64,000 nt of DNA from Camelus dromedarius. Taxonomy: Eukaryota. A model generated the notes under the pieces. The model ran no database searches and was not told the origin of the DNA. It saw nothing but the letters and a program-made list of their open reading frames with translations. A program made the position numbers and the translations under genes. Every line of letters begins with the position of its first letter. The stretch's first letter is position 1. Positions 13,300 through 27,335 of the stretch are shown piece after piece. The DNA is taken from contig NC_087436.1 of NCBI RefSeq assembly GCF_036321535.1, forward strand, positions 92,692,001 through 92,756,000. Direction: 5' to 3'.

Positions 13300-13708
13300 A
13301 ATTCATGCACTTAACATGAGAGCAGGTAGTATTTGGAAAAGCTTCTTGGAGTAAGCATAGATAGAATGAAAAAGGACAAGAAACCATCCACATATGCTAC
13401 AGCAAAGGAGGAGGAAGAAATGTGAGGGAAGAAGGGAAAAAAGGAGGAAGGAAGTGAGAAGGAAGAAGGGAAGGAAGCATGATCCAGCAGGGGTCCTGGG
13501 GTGCATCCCAACCAGATGCTCACCAGGCGTGACCTCAGCTGCGTTTTCTCACTGCTCAGTCTCCCTTAGCTCCTGCCTAATTTTTGAGCAGGATACCTCA
13601 GCCTTCCCACCTGTGAGTCACTCAATATCCTTGTGATCAATTCCTTTTCTGCTTGTATTAACCAAGGTTAGTCTCTGTTGTTAGAAACTAAGAACCTAAA
13701 TTAATACA
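13300..13708 (+). mobile_element. MLT1-type LTR 3' portion
   Basis: Ends AATTCCTTTTCTGCTT...TCTCTGTTGTTAGAAACTAAGAACCTAAATTAATACA. Confidence 0.55.
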
Positions 13709-14049
13709 GATGGTGAGAAATTAATCCATTTAAATAGAAGGCTAAGATTAAGTAACTGAGGGAATTTGAGATATAAACAGGTGTAAATGTTATAAACTTT
13801 GCCAATATATAATAAAATAACAAAGAAAAACGGGAGGTTGGGGAGGAAAGTAGAAAGAGTGGGAGTGATCATTTCCTCACCTTTCCTAGCAGGGAATTAA
13901 TAGGTACTAATTAAAATGGAAACATATCATTTTAAAAACATAATGACTCATAATGTTTCTCATAATCATTTTATAAATCTTAGAGTGATACTTTAGGGCA
14001 TGCAGGTGAGGAAGCTTAAGTTCAGAAATGATATCTGACTTAACAGCTT

Positions 14050-16400
14050 GTTCATTCAAAAATTCAACAAATGTGCTTCCTAGGTGCTAAGCATTGGGTT
14101 AAGTGCTGGGCTTACTATGGAGGACAGCCCAAGATGGTTCCTGCCTTCATGGAGCTGACAGTCTAGAGGGAGAGGCTGACATAAACAAGAACAAAGACAT
14201 AAATGTGAAATTACCACTAGGATCAACGCTGTGAAGGCAAAGAACTGCACACTATGAGAGAGAATAACAGAGAGGTGGAGGCACAATTGACAAAAGGTGG
14301 ACAAGACATGCTTGTCCACAAGAAGGAGGACATTTAAAAGGAGACCCCAAAGTTGCGAAGGAACCAGCCTTACAAAGATTGAAGGGAAGATAATTCCAGA
14401 AAGAGGAACAACATGTACCAAGACCCCAAGGAAGGTGTCTTAGTTCGTTCTGGCTGGTACAACAGAATATCATAGATGAGGTGGCTTATAAACAACCGAA
14501 ATTCGTCTCTCCCAGTTCTGGAGGCTGTCAGGGAAGTCTAAGATCAAGGCACTGATAGATTCACAGTCTGCAGGTGAGAGGCTGCTTCCTGGTTCAGAAA
14601 GAAAGGAGGTGGCATGTTGGAGAAAAGTGAAAGGTGATGTGAGGGGAAGGGCATGAAATGAGGTGATGAAGATGGCAGGAGCTAAACCACGCAGGGCAGG
14701 CTGGTATGCACGTGGAATGGCCTTCAGCATTTACTCCCAGAGCACTGGAAAGTCTCAGAGTAGTCTTCATCAGGGGAATGGCAGGATGAAATCCACATTG
14801 TGTAACATCCACTGTGGCTGCCGGGTGGAAAGTGGTTTGGAGGGCTGCCAGAACAGAATGGGGAAGACAGTAGGAGTGGTGGTCCAGGAGATACACTTAG
14901 TTGGTTGCACTTGGTTGATAGCAGTAGAAATGGAGAGATGGAGACTAGGAAAGATATTTTGGAAGTAAAGTCCAAAATCTTAGTAATGGATTAGATATGG
15001 AAGGTAAGGGAGAGAGAAAAAACAAGAATGACTCCCAGGCTTCTAGGCTGGGCCACTGGGTGATACCATTTACTAAAATGGTGAAGGCTTTGAGATAAAC
15101 ATTTAGAGTGACTATTAAGAATTTTAGACATTTCATGACTCAGATATCAGCAAAACATCCTAATGGAGATGTCAAGTAAGCCATTAGAGCTGAAGCTCAG
15201 AAGAGAAGTTGGAGCTGGAACCATCATCACAGAGATGGTGTCTAAAAACGTGGGAATGGAGAGGATGACCTGGAAAGAGAGCATGGAGATAAAAGAGACC
15301 AATTCCTGAGAAAATGTGACACTCCAAGGTAGAATGCAAAAGGATCATGGAAGATAGTTATAAAACTAGGAGAGAGTGGTGCCCTGGTGTTAAAGAGGAG
15401 GAGTTTTTAACTTTGTTGACTGTTGCTCCTAAGCCAAATAAAATGAGGACAGAAGAGGGTCCATCATACTGGGCAATCAGTAAGAATGAAGAGACAAAAG
15501 TCAGCTCTTTTGAGAAGTCTGACAATGATGAAAAGCAGAGAAATGGAGCAATTACAAGAAAAAGATTGGGTCAAGGGAGGAATTTGAGGATGCTTGTTTG
15601 ATCCAGTAGAAAAGGGAGACAGTAAGGTAAGGAAAGAGGAGAAGGCACGAAGATTACATGTGCAGGAATCTCACGATCAGAAAGAGGAGAAAGGGGATGG
15701 ATGCAGAGGCAGGAAGATCTGTAGTTATAATGGTGGAAAGATAAAGGTGCTCCCATCTGATGCCTTCCATTTATCAAAGAAGATAATTTCATTAGCTGAA
15801 AACTACTTGGAAGAAATGGAGGAAGGATTGGGAAATTTGGATATCAAGCAAGTCACAAAACAGTCACTGGGAGAATGGGAAAGCAAGCCTGTCTCAGGTT
15901 TGAGGTAGGGCCGCTACAATATGAGCTGGCAATGCCCAGATGCTCAGGCGCAAGTTCAGAGAAGTTAAACGCTTGGGTTCATTCAAGGTCAGAATTTTGC
16001 CAGGTAAATGTGACATAAGACGAAAAATTCAAGGGAATTCAGGGTATCTATAAGACACTGATTATAATGATGTGTCATGAAACACAAGTGGGATAATGAG
16101 GGAAGGAAAGGCACTGTAAGATACAGAGAAAGGAGTTTGATCGGTGGACCAGAGATCTCAATGATACCAAAGAACTGTGACAGCAGGGAGTCAAGCAAGA
16201 TAACTGGACGTACAGGAGGTTTCGGCTGAAGAGCGGGATCAGCGGAGCAGTAATTTTGAAAAAGTTGCGTGTTTGATGATGACTAGGACGGTCGCTGCAA
16301 CGGAATGAAGATAATCACTAGCTCCAGTACTGGGTGGATCAACTCTCAGAAGCTGAAGGCATCAGTGGTGACAAGCACAGGGATGACTAGACAGACTGGT
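14050..16400 (-). mobile_element. Long L2 LINE fragment
   Basis: L2 3' tail (TTCATTCAA...CAACAAAT...CCTGCCTTCATGGAGCTGACAGTCTAG) followed by purine-rich L2 body (GAATGACTCCCAGG...GGAGATGTCAAGTA). Confidence 0.7.
14436..14596 (-). mobile_element. MLT1A-type LTR fragment inserted in L2
   Basis: TGTCTTAGTTCGTTCTGGCTG...GGTGGCTTATAAACAAC...CAGTTCTGGAGGCTG...AAGTCTAAGATCAAGGCAC. Confidence 0.8.
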
Positions 16401-17006
16401 GGACAAGAGTCTTCAAGGAGCGAGTAGGAATGGTGGGACTAAGACTAAAGGGCTGACTCTTTAGTACCTGGCCCAGCAGCAGTCCTCTTCACCCAGCTGC
16501 TTCCTTGTTTAGCTGCTGCCACCCTGGCGCTCACCTGCCGTTTCCCGCTGAGGAGCTCCTTCTGATTTCCTCAAGTTTCATGCTCACAGGTTGACCGGAG
16601 ACGAGGAGGCCATGGAATAAAAAGAAACACAGGGTGGAAACATCAACTCTGACTCTCGGTATGTGTAGGAGCTGGAAAAATCAAATTCCTGGCGAGGAAC
16701 GCTCTTGACAACTCTCGTTCCCCACATAGACTCCGCATTAGGGGTCATGGCAACTCCACTCAGGATGAAGACTACCCAGGTAAAGCGGCAAGATCTACCA
16801 ATGGGAGTGGCCAGCCTGGGAGGAAGAAAGGAAGACGGAGACAGGAGGCAGAGGGGAGAAGAGGAAGCATACATTAAGTCTGCACCTATTAGTGCTGGAC
16901 TTGTGTGGGGCTCCCCAAGCTGCACTCTGCACAGAGGCACCACGTTCAAAGTGTAGATACTATAGACTTGCATATTTATCCTGACAACCTTCTGGCAGAC
17001 AGTAAT

Positions 17007-17353
17007 GTTATGAAGTGACCTGTGTCCCCTGTAAATGCCCTAACCCCCAATGTAACTGTATTTAGAGAGAGGGCCTTTAGGAGGCAATTAAAGTTGAATA
17101 AGGTCATTAGGATGGAGCCCTAATCCAACAGGACTGGTGTCCTTGTAACAAGAGGAAGAGACAGCAACAAGAGGTGCACACAGAGAGGCCAGGTGAGGAC
17201 ACGGTGAGAAGGTTGCCATCTGCAAGCCAAGGACAGAGGTCTCAGGAGAAACCTACTCTGTCAGCACCGTGGTCGCGACTTCCCGGCTCCAGAACTGTGA
17301 GAAATAAACTTCTGCTGTTTAAGCCACGCAGCTTGTGGGATTCTGCTATGGCT
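17007..17353 (+). mobile_element. MLT1A/B-type MaLR solo LTR
   Basis: CCCTAACCCCCAATGT...GAGCCCTAATCCAACAGGACTGGTGTCCTT...CTCCAGAACTGTGAGAAATAAACTTCTGCTGTTTAAGCCAC. Confidence 0.88.
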
Positions 17354-18829
17354 CTAGAAAAATTTGTAAGCAGCAAAGTTCTAATTATCAGTATATTAGG
17401 AAGACTTTCTAACAGACAGAAGTCAAACTATTTGAGGAAGGGGTTGATTTCTGTAATTCACATAAAGCTGTCCTTCAGGCCGGCAGTGACCCTGAGAGTC
17501 ACTAGGCCAGATGCTTTCTTTCACATTTTCTTGTTTAACCAATACACAGCTTTACAAAATGGGAGTAGTAAGATGAAGAAAAAAAAAACTCACATAAGTT
17601 CTGTATACTGATTAGAGTCAACCACACACTAGTAAGTAAGAAGCTGACCTAAAATTTGTATCCAGATTAGCCTATTCCAAAACTCACCTGTTTCCCATGC
17701 TACCACACTGTCTCCCTTTACAAATCCTAGTATAAAAGAGATGCTACTAGTATCAATTGCACTTTTACTCTGCCTCACATGCTCTGCTATATGCTTTCCC
17801 ATAAAATAGTGAAGTAGGTCTTATTAATTCTGTTAGAGATAAGGAAACTGAGGCCCAGAGAAGTTAAGTGATTTGCCCAAGGACACACAGCTTACCAAAT
17901 TGTAACCTGTCTGTTTACTGTTTCTTTCTCCCCCTTTTCATCTCATACTCCACCACTGAACATGCCCTCTTCTCATATGCAGCTTTTCCTGAGCAATCCT
18001 TAAACACAAAATCACCTTTCCCCTATTCAAAATAGTATTTATATCCTTTGAGTACAAACAACAGTATCAAAAGTCATCTACAAAGTAAATAACGTAGCAA
18101 TTGTCTGATAATGCATTTGCTCCCCAAAAACAAATAAATGAAGGCCAAGTTAGAGTTAAGCAACAGCTGCATTTCACAGAATAAATTTCTAGCTCTTTTT
18201 CCTGATGTATATAGTTTTTATCTGGTTGAATTATGAATTTCACCCTAAAGATTAATTTGGCCCTCTATTAAAGAGCATAAGAATTAATATTCAGCCAAGA
18301 TATGAATCTTTTTTCATTTTACTTTTAGTGGAAATCAATTTGTTAAAATGTTATTGAGTACAATTTGTTACTTATTCACTCCCCCTTTTCTGCTCAAGTT
18401 GAGGTATTTGGAAATATCTACATAAACACTTTTTGTCAATATTGCCAAGATTTACATTGCCAAGTTCCTGTAACTGTTATCTCTAAAAGCTCTATGAATT
18501 ATGCTATGTGATGTTAGATCTTATTGAACTTATATAATAGAGAAATGATCAATTAAAAAACAACTCAAAATGATTTTTGTCTCCAGCAGGCAGTATTTGT
18601 AAAAATGACTTCTAGGTCATTTGATTAAAGAGGTGCAACCAAAACACTGGATGTAGCCCTCTTCGGGACGCCTAGTCTGATTCGGAGGCATTTCCATGTG
18701 TTCTGCAACACGTTTTCCCACAGTGGTCACTAAGCAGAATGCCGCTCTAACAACACCACCTGGGCCAGAGCCTCAGAGTGAGGATTTATCCCATCTCCTC
18801 TCCCCATCCCTTCCCCTCCTCCTCTTCTC

Positions 18830-19290
18830 TCTCTGTTTCCCAGGGCTCCCGTAACAAAGTACCACTAGCAGAGTAGCTTAAACAACAGAACTGTAGTGTC
18901 TTACAGTTTTGGAGGCCAGAAGCTGCAAATCAAATTATTGCCAGGACGAGGGCTCCCCTGATAGTGCTAGAGAAAGGCCAATTCCAGGCCTCTCTCCTGG
19001 CTTCTGGTCGTCTGCCGGCAACCCCTGGTGTTCCAAGGCCTGGAGACACATCATCCCAAACCCTGCCTTTGTGTTCATATGGCATCTCCCTGTCTGCATA
19101 TCTCTGACCGAATTTTCCCTTTATACAAGGACACCCATTATACTGGATTAGGGCCCACCCTACACCAGTATAATCCCATATGAATTAATTACATCTACAG
19201 AGACACTATTTCCAAATAAGTCACATTCTAAGGTACCAGAGGTTAGGACTTCAACATACAGATTTTGGGTAACACGATTCAACCTAACAC
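18830..19290 (-). mobile_element. MLT1C-type MaLR solo LTR
   Basis: GTAACAAAGTACCAC...CTTAAACAACAGAA...GGAGGCCAGAAG...GGATTAGGGCCCACCCTA...ATTTCCAAATAAGTCACATTCT. Confidence 0.85.
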
Positions 19291-20115
19291 CTACTGTGAC
19301 TTCAATTCTTTCTTTCTATTCACAGCCAGCTTCTCAAGACTCATCTCTTTCTTCATTACGACATGAATTTATTCCTAAACCCATTTGAATCTTGCCTGGC
19401 CCCAAACGTTCTCAGTAAGGTCACCAACGACTGCCTAACTTTTACACATCTTACTTTTTAATCCTCATCTTGCTAAAAACCTCTGTGTGCCTTTTAAACC
19501 TGTAAACCACATCCTCCTGGAATTGCATCCTTTCTCATAGTCCGAGCTCTTCCTCTTCCCTGCTCCCAGGTGCCCTTGGCCGAATCCTCCGGAAGCATTC
19601 TGGGAACTCTGTTCTTGTCACCTCTCTTCTCACTGCGCTCAGTCACTCACCCAGGCTTGTGTCATCACCCACCTCCTGTCCCTCGATGTCTCAAGCCCAT
19701 GAGTCTAGCCCCCTCTGTTCCTCCCCTCTGAGTCTAGGGCATCCCAAGGGCTTTACTGTCCCAAGTCACCTAAAATTTCAAATATCTAAATAGAAATCTT
19801 CCTCCTCCTGTCACCCTTACAGTGAAAAATGGCACCACCACCGAGCCAGGAGTCCTGGTCAGAAGTCTGGGAGTCACCCTGCCTCTTGTTAACCACTCCC
19901 ATCCCAATCAGAAATTCACACAGAAGTCTAACAGGCCTTCCCATAAAAGTCCCTGGAACATAATCACAACACACAGCAGGGCTTAGAACGCACTCCCGGA
20001 AAGCCTGAAATTTGGATTGTTCTCACGGAGATAAACACTAGATTGGAAATGCTCAAGGCCACTCACCCTGCCTTTTAGACTCCTCCGTGTGCACCGCCCC
20101 ATCCGCACCTGGGCC

Positions 20116-20353
20116 CGGGCCGACTCCTCCATTAGGCCCGCTTAGCGCAGTACCTGGGACCATGGTCCTTTCACGAGCCCACAGAATTGTTTTAATTTAG
20201 TTTTTTTTTTAAACCAGAAGGAAAAAAATGAATATAATCTACCGTGGATTTTATTCTTCTACATATCAACACAATTATAAAATATAATTTTTTATTTTTT
20301 TAATGGAAGAAGGTGCCCACAGAAGCTAAAATACCTAGGGGAAGAAGCGGCCT
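20116..20353. mobile_element. MER96B-like hAT MITE
   Basis: GC-rich ends (GGGCCG...GCCCAC / GCCCAC...CCTAGGG...GCGGCCTG) around an AT-rich core AGAAGGAAAAAAATGAATATAAT. Confidence 0.65.
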
Positions 20354-20559
20354 GCCTAACCTGCCTTTCCTCTCTGACTGCCTTGCCAAGGGCCGTTCTC
20401 TTAGCTAAAAAGGAAAAGATACATAAATTAATTCACACTGCAGCACCAAAGACTGATAATTTAACTGGGTAGCCATCCAAGGAGGATTTGCTCAGAATTT
20501 GTCTGAAGCCAAAAAGAAGGAAATTCTTTACTTTTTAACATTTAATCCTTTTTCCTTTA

Positions 20560-21790
20560 AGTATAGAGGAAATACATGAGTATTGTAGACATTTCAGAGA
20601 ACTCACAAGTTTAAAGATAGAAATAAAAATCACCTACAATGTCAGAGATAATCACTATAAACAATGTGATATATTTTCTTCCATTATCTGCATGTGTATA
20701 TATATGTATCTCTTAATCAAATTTAGATCATCTTTTTACACATAATTTTGTCATGAGCAATTTCCTATAGCATTCAATATTTGTGATTGTAATGCCGTAA
20801 TAAATATTTTTGTACAAAAATTTTTGTCCACACTTCTGATTATTTCCTTCCTAGTTATTTGAGTGAAATTACTGGGTTGAAAGCTATAAACTCCTTTTTT
20901 TCAATTTTTTCAATTTATTTTTTATTGAGGTAGTGAAAGCAGTAAACATTTTAAAAGTTTCTGATGCACACTGCCAAATTTTTTACCAGAAATATTATAT
21001 AACCCTCTCATCTATGGTATCAATTTTCCTATACCCCAAACAAGACTAAATACTATGATTTGTAATCTCTGAGAGTCTGATAAGCAAAAATATATATATA
21101 TATACACATATATATATACATTCATTTGATTACTTGTAACATTAAAAGTATTTTCTTAAACATTTACTTAACAGTTGTTCAGTGAAATTTCTATTCATGA
21201 ACTTAAATTATGATATTGGAATGATGATCTTTTTCTACTTATAAGGGCTCTCTATATAATAAAGATATTAACTTTTAAATGATTGTAAATTTTGGTCCAA
21301 GTGTATACATCTTTCAATTGGGTATTATTTACTTAATCCTATAGAAGTTCTTAATTAAAATCTAATAAAAATCGATCCACTGTTTCTACTTTTATGCTTT
21401 GAAAGCTCTTTACCATCCTAAGATATTTGTTTCTAATATTTTAAGGAGTTTTGTTTTTACATTAAAATCTCCGCCAAGGGGAATTTATTTTGATGAAAGT
21501 AATGAGAAAATACTTTGTCATTCTTTTTTCCTAAGGAATTAGAAAATGATAGAAAAAATTTTTTTGAATAATTCATCCAGGCACCTCCTGATTGATTCTG
21601 TTTCCTTTTCCAACCTGGAAGTGAGTCTGTTTCTTGACCTTCTAGTTTGATTGATTATCAGCTGCCTAATTCCTGGTCAAGCACTGTTTTCATATTTGTA
21701 AACTTACAACATGTTTTCAAATTATTGGCTAGGTCCTCACTTCTTATCCTACATCTTTCGTAATTTTGTTGGTTACCCTAGTACTTTTTT
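20560..21790 (-). mobile_element. Degenerate L1ME-like region
   Basis: AT-rich; ATTATTTCCTT...GTGAAATTACTGGGTTGAAAG...CTGCCAAATT and CTCTCTATATAATAAAGATATTAAC antisense L1 motifs. Confidence 0.55.
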
Positions 21791-21805
21791 TCTTTCAGAT
21801 GAAGG

Positions 21806-21880
21806 GAGGACAACAGAGAGACAGCAAGAGAGAGAGAGGCTGAGAGAGAGAGAGGGAGAGAGAGAGAAGGAAGAGAGAGG
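21806..21880. repeat. Imperfect (GA)n repeat
   Basis: GAGAGAGAGAGGCTGAGAGAGAGAGAGGGAGAGAGAGAGAAGG. Confidence 0.9.
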
Positions 21881-23409
21881 ACACTGAAGACAAACTGATT
21901 CCTGGGCTGTTTCAGTCCCTCCTCAGCCTGACTCTCCAGCTGAAGAGCCTCAGATCCCAACAACATATAATGAACACATCATGACCTAAGCACATTCAGA
22001 CAAATTATGCAAATTATGTCAGCTCCTTCCCCTTCAGTGTTACTATCTAACTTTCAATCCATTTCCATTTTTTTCAAACATTAAAATCCAAAGACTCTGG
22101 ACAAGGCTTTTATGTTTTCAGGACTATGGAATAAATTTATTTGAGCAATGAATATCCTAAGGACTGACATTCCCACATGTCTTGATTTCTTGAGAAGACT
22201 TTGACAAATGCATCTCAATATAAGGGATTCACATCTTGGGACACAATTTGCTGGCAAGCACCATTAGTATTCTTTTATAGGTATCAAAGTTCTGAGGTTT
22301 TATTGTGTAACTTTTTAAAAATCTATTTTAAATGGTAATATCCACGGCCAAAAGAATCCCCAAATGCTGCCACGTTAAGGTTCCATAACCCAGAGCATCA
22401 GGAACAGTTCTTGCAGTCACTGGATAACAGGCTCAAGTAAAGATATGTCTTCACAAAGGTACAGGACATGTGAAATTTCTCTCTGCCACCTAGATCTAGA
22501 GTACTCCAGATAACCACCTTTCCCATCCTGGAAGAATGGCTCTGTGCAGCAGCAAAAGGGCCAGCCTTGAGGCTGACAGGTTCACCTGCCCAGCTCAGCA
22601 ATACGGCCCCTTTGCTTCATTACGCAAGGGTCAATTGCTTTACTTTCCGTGATTCAGTTTCCTTATCTGTGGAACAGATAAAAATAATGCCAGATCCTGG
22701 GTGGTTGTGGAGATTAAAACGTTTAATGCATGCAAAATGTTCAACACAGAGCCAGCCAGGGAGCAGGCTTCCTATAAATAATGACATACTTTTACTGAAG
22801 TTTTGAGTTTTAAAGGATTTATGCCTTTTAAAATCAACTACATTAAAAATATAGGCCCTAGCATACTGCTGCCACTCGATAGATGTCAGGCAACAACTTG
22901 ATAAGGCAATATCTCTCCAGGATAATAAATTTTAAAATTCATGAAAATCTTTAACAATATAAATTTTTTAAAATTCAAATATTAGAATTTTTCCCATTCA
23001 CCCATGTAATGCAAAGGGAAAGAAGCAAAAATGACAACAAGGACTATTTAAAATGTTGTAAATTTACGAGGTATGTTTTTAAACCTCAGTTTTGCACTGT
23101 ACAAGGAATCCCTGCCTTGACTACACAAGTGCTCTTAAAGATGGATGTGAACAATCCAGTGTTTTGAACAGACCTCTTTTCCCACCCAACTTAAAAGTAT
23201 TATAAGTTCCCTATACAATCCTCACTTTTAATTTCGCTCTTTTTCTTTGTAGTTGACACAGAGGAACAATTTAACTGGCTTAAATGCAGATGGTCCCACT
23301 GAGATTCAGAACGACCACTCCGCCTTCATAATAGTTTCCGTCTTTGTCTCAGTGGAGTAAAATTTATGAGATACTCATTTCCTAACAGTTTAATTTTTCC
23401 ACTTGCCAC

Positions 23410-23600
23410 TCATTTTTTTAAATATCACAAGCAATATAAAATAATAATTTTCGTAAGTTTTTAAAACAATAAAAACCTTCCTTGAGAAAAACAAAATCTA
23501 TCCAGAAGCCAAATATGTAAAACTGATGGAAGTGAGGCTGCCAGGGCTGAAGGGAGGTGGGAGCCCTGGAACCCTTCCAGCAACAAGCACAACCACGCCC
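23410..23600. mobile_element. MER115-like hAT-Tip100 fragment
   Basis: CCAGAAGCCAAATATGTAAAACTGATGGAAGTGAGGCTGC...GAAGGGAGGTGGG. Confidence 0.5.
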
Positions 23601-23649
23601 AGCCCCACAGCAAAGGTCTCTGCCACCCCGAGGTCTCTTGGCTAGACCC

Positions 23650-24162
23650 TAAGTTGGATTATCATGTCAGGCCTTGCTCAAGACCCTCCAACGGCTGCTC
23701 ATCACCCAGACATTAAAACCCGATGTCCGTATCTTGCCCAACTTGCTCTGGCTTCTGACTACCTCTCAGACTATTATGCCCTAAGGTATTTTCCTTCCTA
23801 CCCCCCCCCCGCCCCCGCCACGGTCCTGATGCCCCACTCCACTCCCGTTACTGTCCTCACTATTCCTTGAACAAGCCAAGCATACTACTCCTCAGCTCTT
23901 CTGCATCTGTAGCTCCCTCTGTGCAAAATGCTGTTCCCCCACAAAACCACGTGGGGCTTCTTTCAGGCCTGTGCTACAATGTTATCTCCTCCAGAGGTCT
24001 TCTCTGCTGCCCTGCACCCAGCAGCGCCCTCCCACCCCATCACTCTCCATCACCATCATTTTTCCTTCTTAGCACTTTTATTACTGACATATTTCTCTTT
24101 ACGTATACATGTATTCATTGCCTGTGTCTCAATTAAATGTGTGCTGACTGAATGAATGAACG
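23650..24162 (+). mobile_element. L2 3' fragment
   Basis: GATTATCATGTCA...TCCTTGAACAAGCCAAGCA...; ends AATGTGTGCTGACTGAATGAATGAA. Confidence 0.7.
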
Positions 24163-26734
24163 AGACACTGACGCATGGTTCATGAGGCAGTTTTAAACTG
24201 TGATGTGTAAGTCAATACTGTTCTATAAACAAATATGGGAACTCTGTCGAAACTGGCATTAAAAAGGGACACTGAAGGCATCACATACATAACACCCAAA
24301 AGTACAGGTTGCTTGGACATCCAAATTATGTGTCTCAGGCTTAGATTCAGGAGAAACAGAGATGGGTTTGTAAGTGGTGGAAATGAATCTCATGAATGCA
24401 GGTTATTTTTACTCACAAGCTTTAGGATCTGTCAAAAAGCAAAGGCTGCTGCTGGTTATTTCTTCCTGGCATACACCAAAGTTGGGGTCCATGACTCAAA
24501 AGAAATCCACCAGGTCCAAAGGCTCCACACATAGGGGAGTCCTTGGCTTCCTGCGTCTGCCTCGCCCTCTTCCAGAAAGGTTGTTCAGCTCCCAGAGATC
24601 ATGTATTCCTTTGTACAGGGCATTAAATATGCTTGTCGTCAGGCTGCATCCCCTCCACCTGATGCCTCTGTACTGAAATTTCTTATAAATGCCTTTTTTC
24701 CCTCATTTGTGTCTCAGGATCCAGAGTTCCCCTTGTACGTACACTCAGAGGCTTCCCAAGAGCAGATCCAGCAGATCCAGATCCAGCTACCAAAGCATGA
24801 AGCTGACAACCACTTTGAAAAACATACCTCGGGTTTCTACAGCTTAAGCAAAGGACTAGATTCTGGATACGATTTAAATAAACAAAACTAGACCAAAAAG
24901 TTGTTCAACAAAAGAGTCCTGGCATTCTTATTAATATTCACTTGACACAGGTTTTGACAGAGCAGGAAGCAGGTGCAAAGAAAATGTGTCCCGAGTCACT
25001 GGGAATAAGAAGTGTTTTTTTGGACATTATTACGACCCATGTTTAAATTGAAGTTTACGTGATGCACTCAGCCATTTTGCTAGTGATGAATGAATGTTTT
25101 ACGTATTTTATAGGTCCCTGAAACCTTGATCTTAAGAAATTCTCTGCCTAAACTAACCTTGCTCTCCTCTTTACTCCTAAATAACTTTCACCCATGTTTC
25201 AGGTCTCAGCTTTCCTCTCTGTCAGACCCCTAGGGGGGCTGCCCTTGAGCTCCATTCCCACAACCCAGCAGGCTGTCCCACTTCTTCCTCCACATGCAAT
25301 CTCAGAAAACCTGGGCTGTTCCTTTAATGCTCTTGACTCATGTGTGACCAGTGTGCATTTGTCTGCATGATATCCATCTCGCTTACTAGACCACAGGTGA
25401 GCGCCAGGTGGGCAGGAGCCATGTTTGTATGGCTCACTGTTATCTCCCCAACGTCTTGCATGGATTAAGTGCTCAGTGGATCTGGTGAATAAAGGAATGA
25501 ATGGAACGCAACGTGAACCATGTGCTGACACTACCATGGATACTTGCAAGGGCCAGCTTCATTAGGGTAACAGGTTCTCCTACACGACAACAAAGCAGCG
25601 AGACTTAGAGCAAGATGGGGATCATTCTCTCAAGGCTCTCATTCCCAAATCTCTCCAGTGGAATAATTCACATCCTTGCAGGAGCACCTACAGGTTCAAG
25701 AAGCTCATGGAATCTTAGATTTGAGTTCTGATTAAAATTTGCCCTTAAGATTTTTGAAACACTGGTAGGAATGGTAGAAGTCAAGTCAACCATCACTCCA
25801 AAGCTGCAAGTAGACAATAAACTAACTGTATCCAAAAAGAGAAACCCAAGCAGTGCTTTTCAATGCCCAAAGGGCCAAATGCAGGAAAACCCTTGGCACT
25901 GGGTCATTCTTCTACTTCTCAGAGGTGAAAACTCCAGAGGGCTGGCTGCCTTGAGAGCGTCTAGAAGCAGCAGCCCCCAGTGGACACCACCTGCATTGAT
26001 GACGACGAAAAGTCCTCCGAGAGATGACTTTGACACTGGATTATCAACTAAGAGCCAAAGCAAGAGAAAAGGAACATGGCAGACACCAAATGGTGTCTAC
26101 AGCTGACATTCAGGCTGTGGGGCTCACCTTTGAGGAGGACTCCAAGAAATACGTTAGGTGAGGTGTTTTCAGGGCAAGAGACTCTGTAGTGCGACTGAGG
26201 AAACAGGAAGAACAGGAAAGCTAAATGGACGCTGTTGTTCATTTGCACCTGTAAGATGCTGTGCTTGATGACCTTGCACAACACCATCACACATCAGGCC
26301 CCAGGAGAAGGAAAGGAGAGGAAAGTTCAGAACATTATGCATGGAGTGAGGGGATCCTAGCATTAAAAAAAAAGAAAACCCTCTCCCTGGAGAGAGAGAG
26401 GCATTAGAACTGCACTGTGGGCTGTAAGTGCTACAAAGGAGCGGGAACAGGTAAGCGAGTGCCAAGGCAGCAAGCAAGCACCGCATGACAGTGATGCCCA
26501 GAAATGATGGCGCTTGGAAGTTTTCCTAATCCTTGTTTAATCTCATGAGAGTTTTTTTTTTTTATAGAAATGCATCTTTAATTTCATAATGAAAATCAAG
26601 AGGCAAACAGATTGTATAGACAACTTAACCAAAAGGTATCTATTCCATTAATGAGTGGACATCTGCATTTATTTAAAAAGCAGGGGGGCAGTTTCTAGAT
26701 GATGATCATTTAGCCTCCAAAGAAACTGCCTTCA

Positions 26735-27335
26735 ATTCATTCATTCAACAAAGATGTTCTGAGCCTGGCAGTGTTGTGGGTGCTGGGGATACCGCAGTGT
26801 ACAACACCCTCTGTCTCCACGGAGTTTCCACTCCAGTGATGGGAGGCAGACAGCAGACAAAGGAAGCAGGCAGAAAGAAGTAGTCATAAAGTCTGGAGAG
26901 GACACAGGCGGAAGGTCAGTGAGTGGGAGGATGGGGAGGCACAGTGGGGATGGTCTCACTGAGAAGTGAGGTTCTGCTCCCTCACTCAGGGCCTCCTTAC
27001 TCAAACAGGGAATTTGATCAAAGACTCAAAGAAGCTGAAGCAGCAAGTTGTGTGGATGTAGGGGGGAAGAGTTCTGGCAAAGGGTACAGCCAGCGTTGAA
27101 ATGGGGCAGCTTCTCAAATGCCCCAGAAACAGCAAGTCTGGCATGGATGGAGTAGGGTGAGCACAGGAGGGTGAGAACAGAGATGGGGACAGGTGGGGCA
27201 GATAAGGGTCTGGGCAAGCATTGTGTCACTGTGTGGGCTTTGTCCTGAATGAGAGGGGAAACCGCCGTGGATCTGAGCAGAGCAGTGACACAACCTGACT
27301 TCCCTTTAAAAAGCATCCCTCTGGCCACACACTGG
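26735..27335 (-). mobile_element. L2 3' fragment
   Basis: ATTCATTCATTCAACAAA...GTGCTGGGGATAC...TTTAAAAAGCATCCCTCTGGC. Confidence 0.7.
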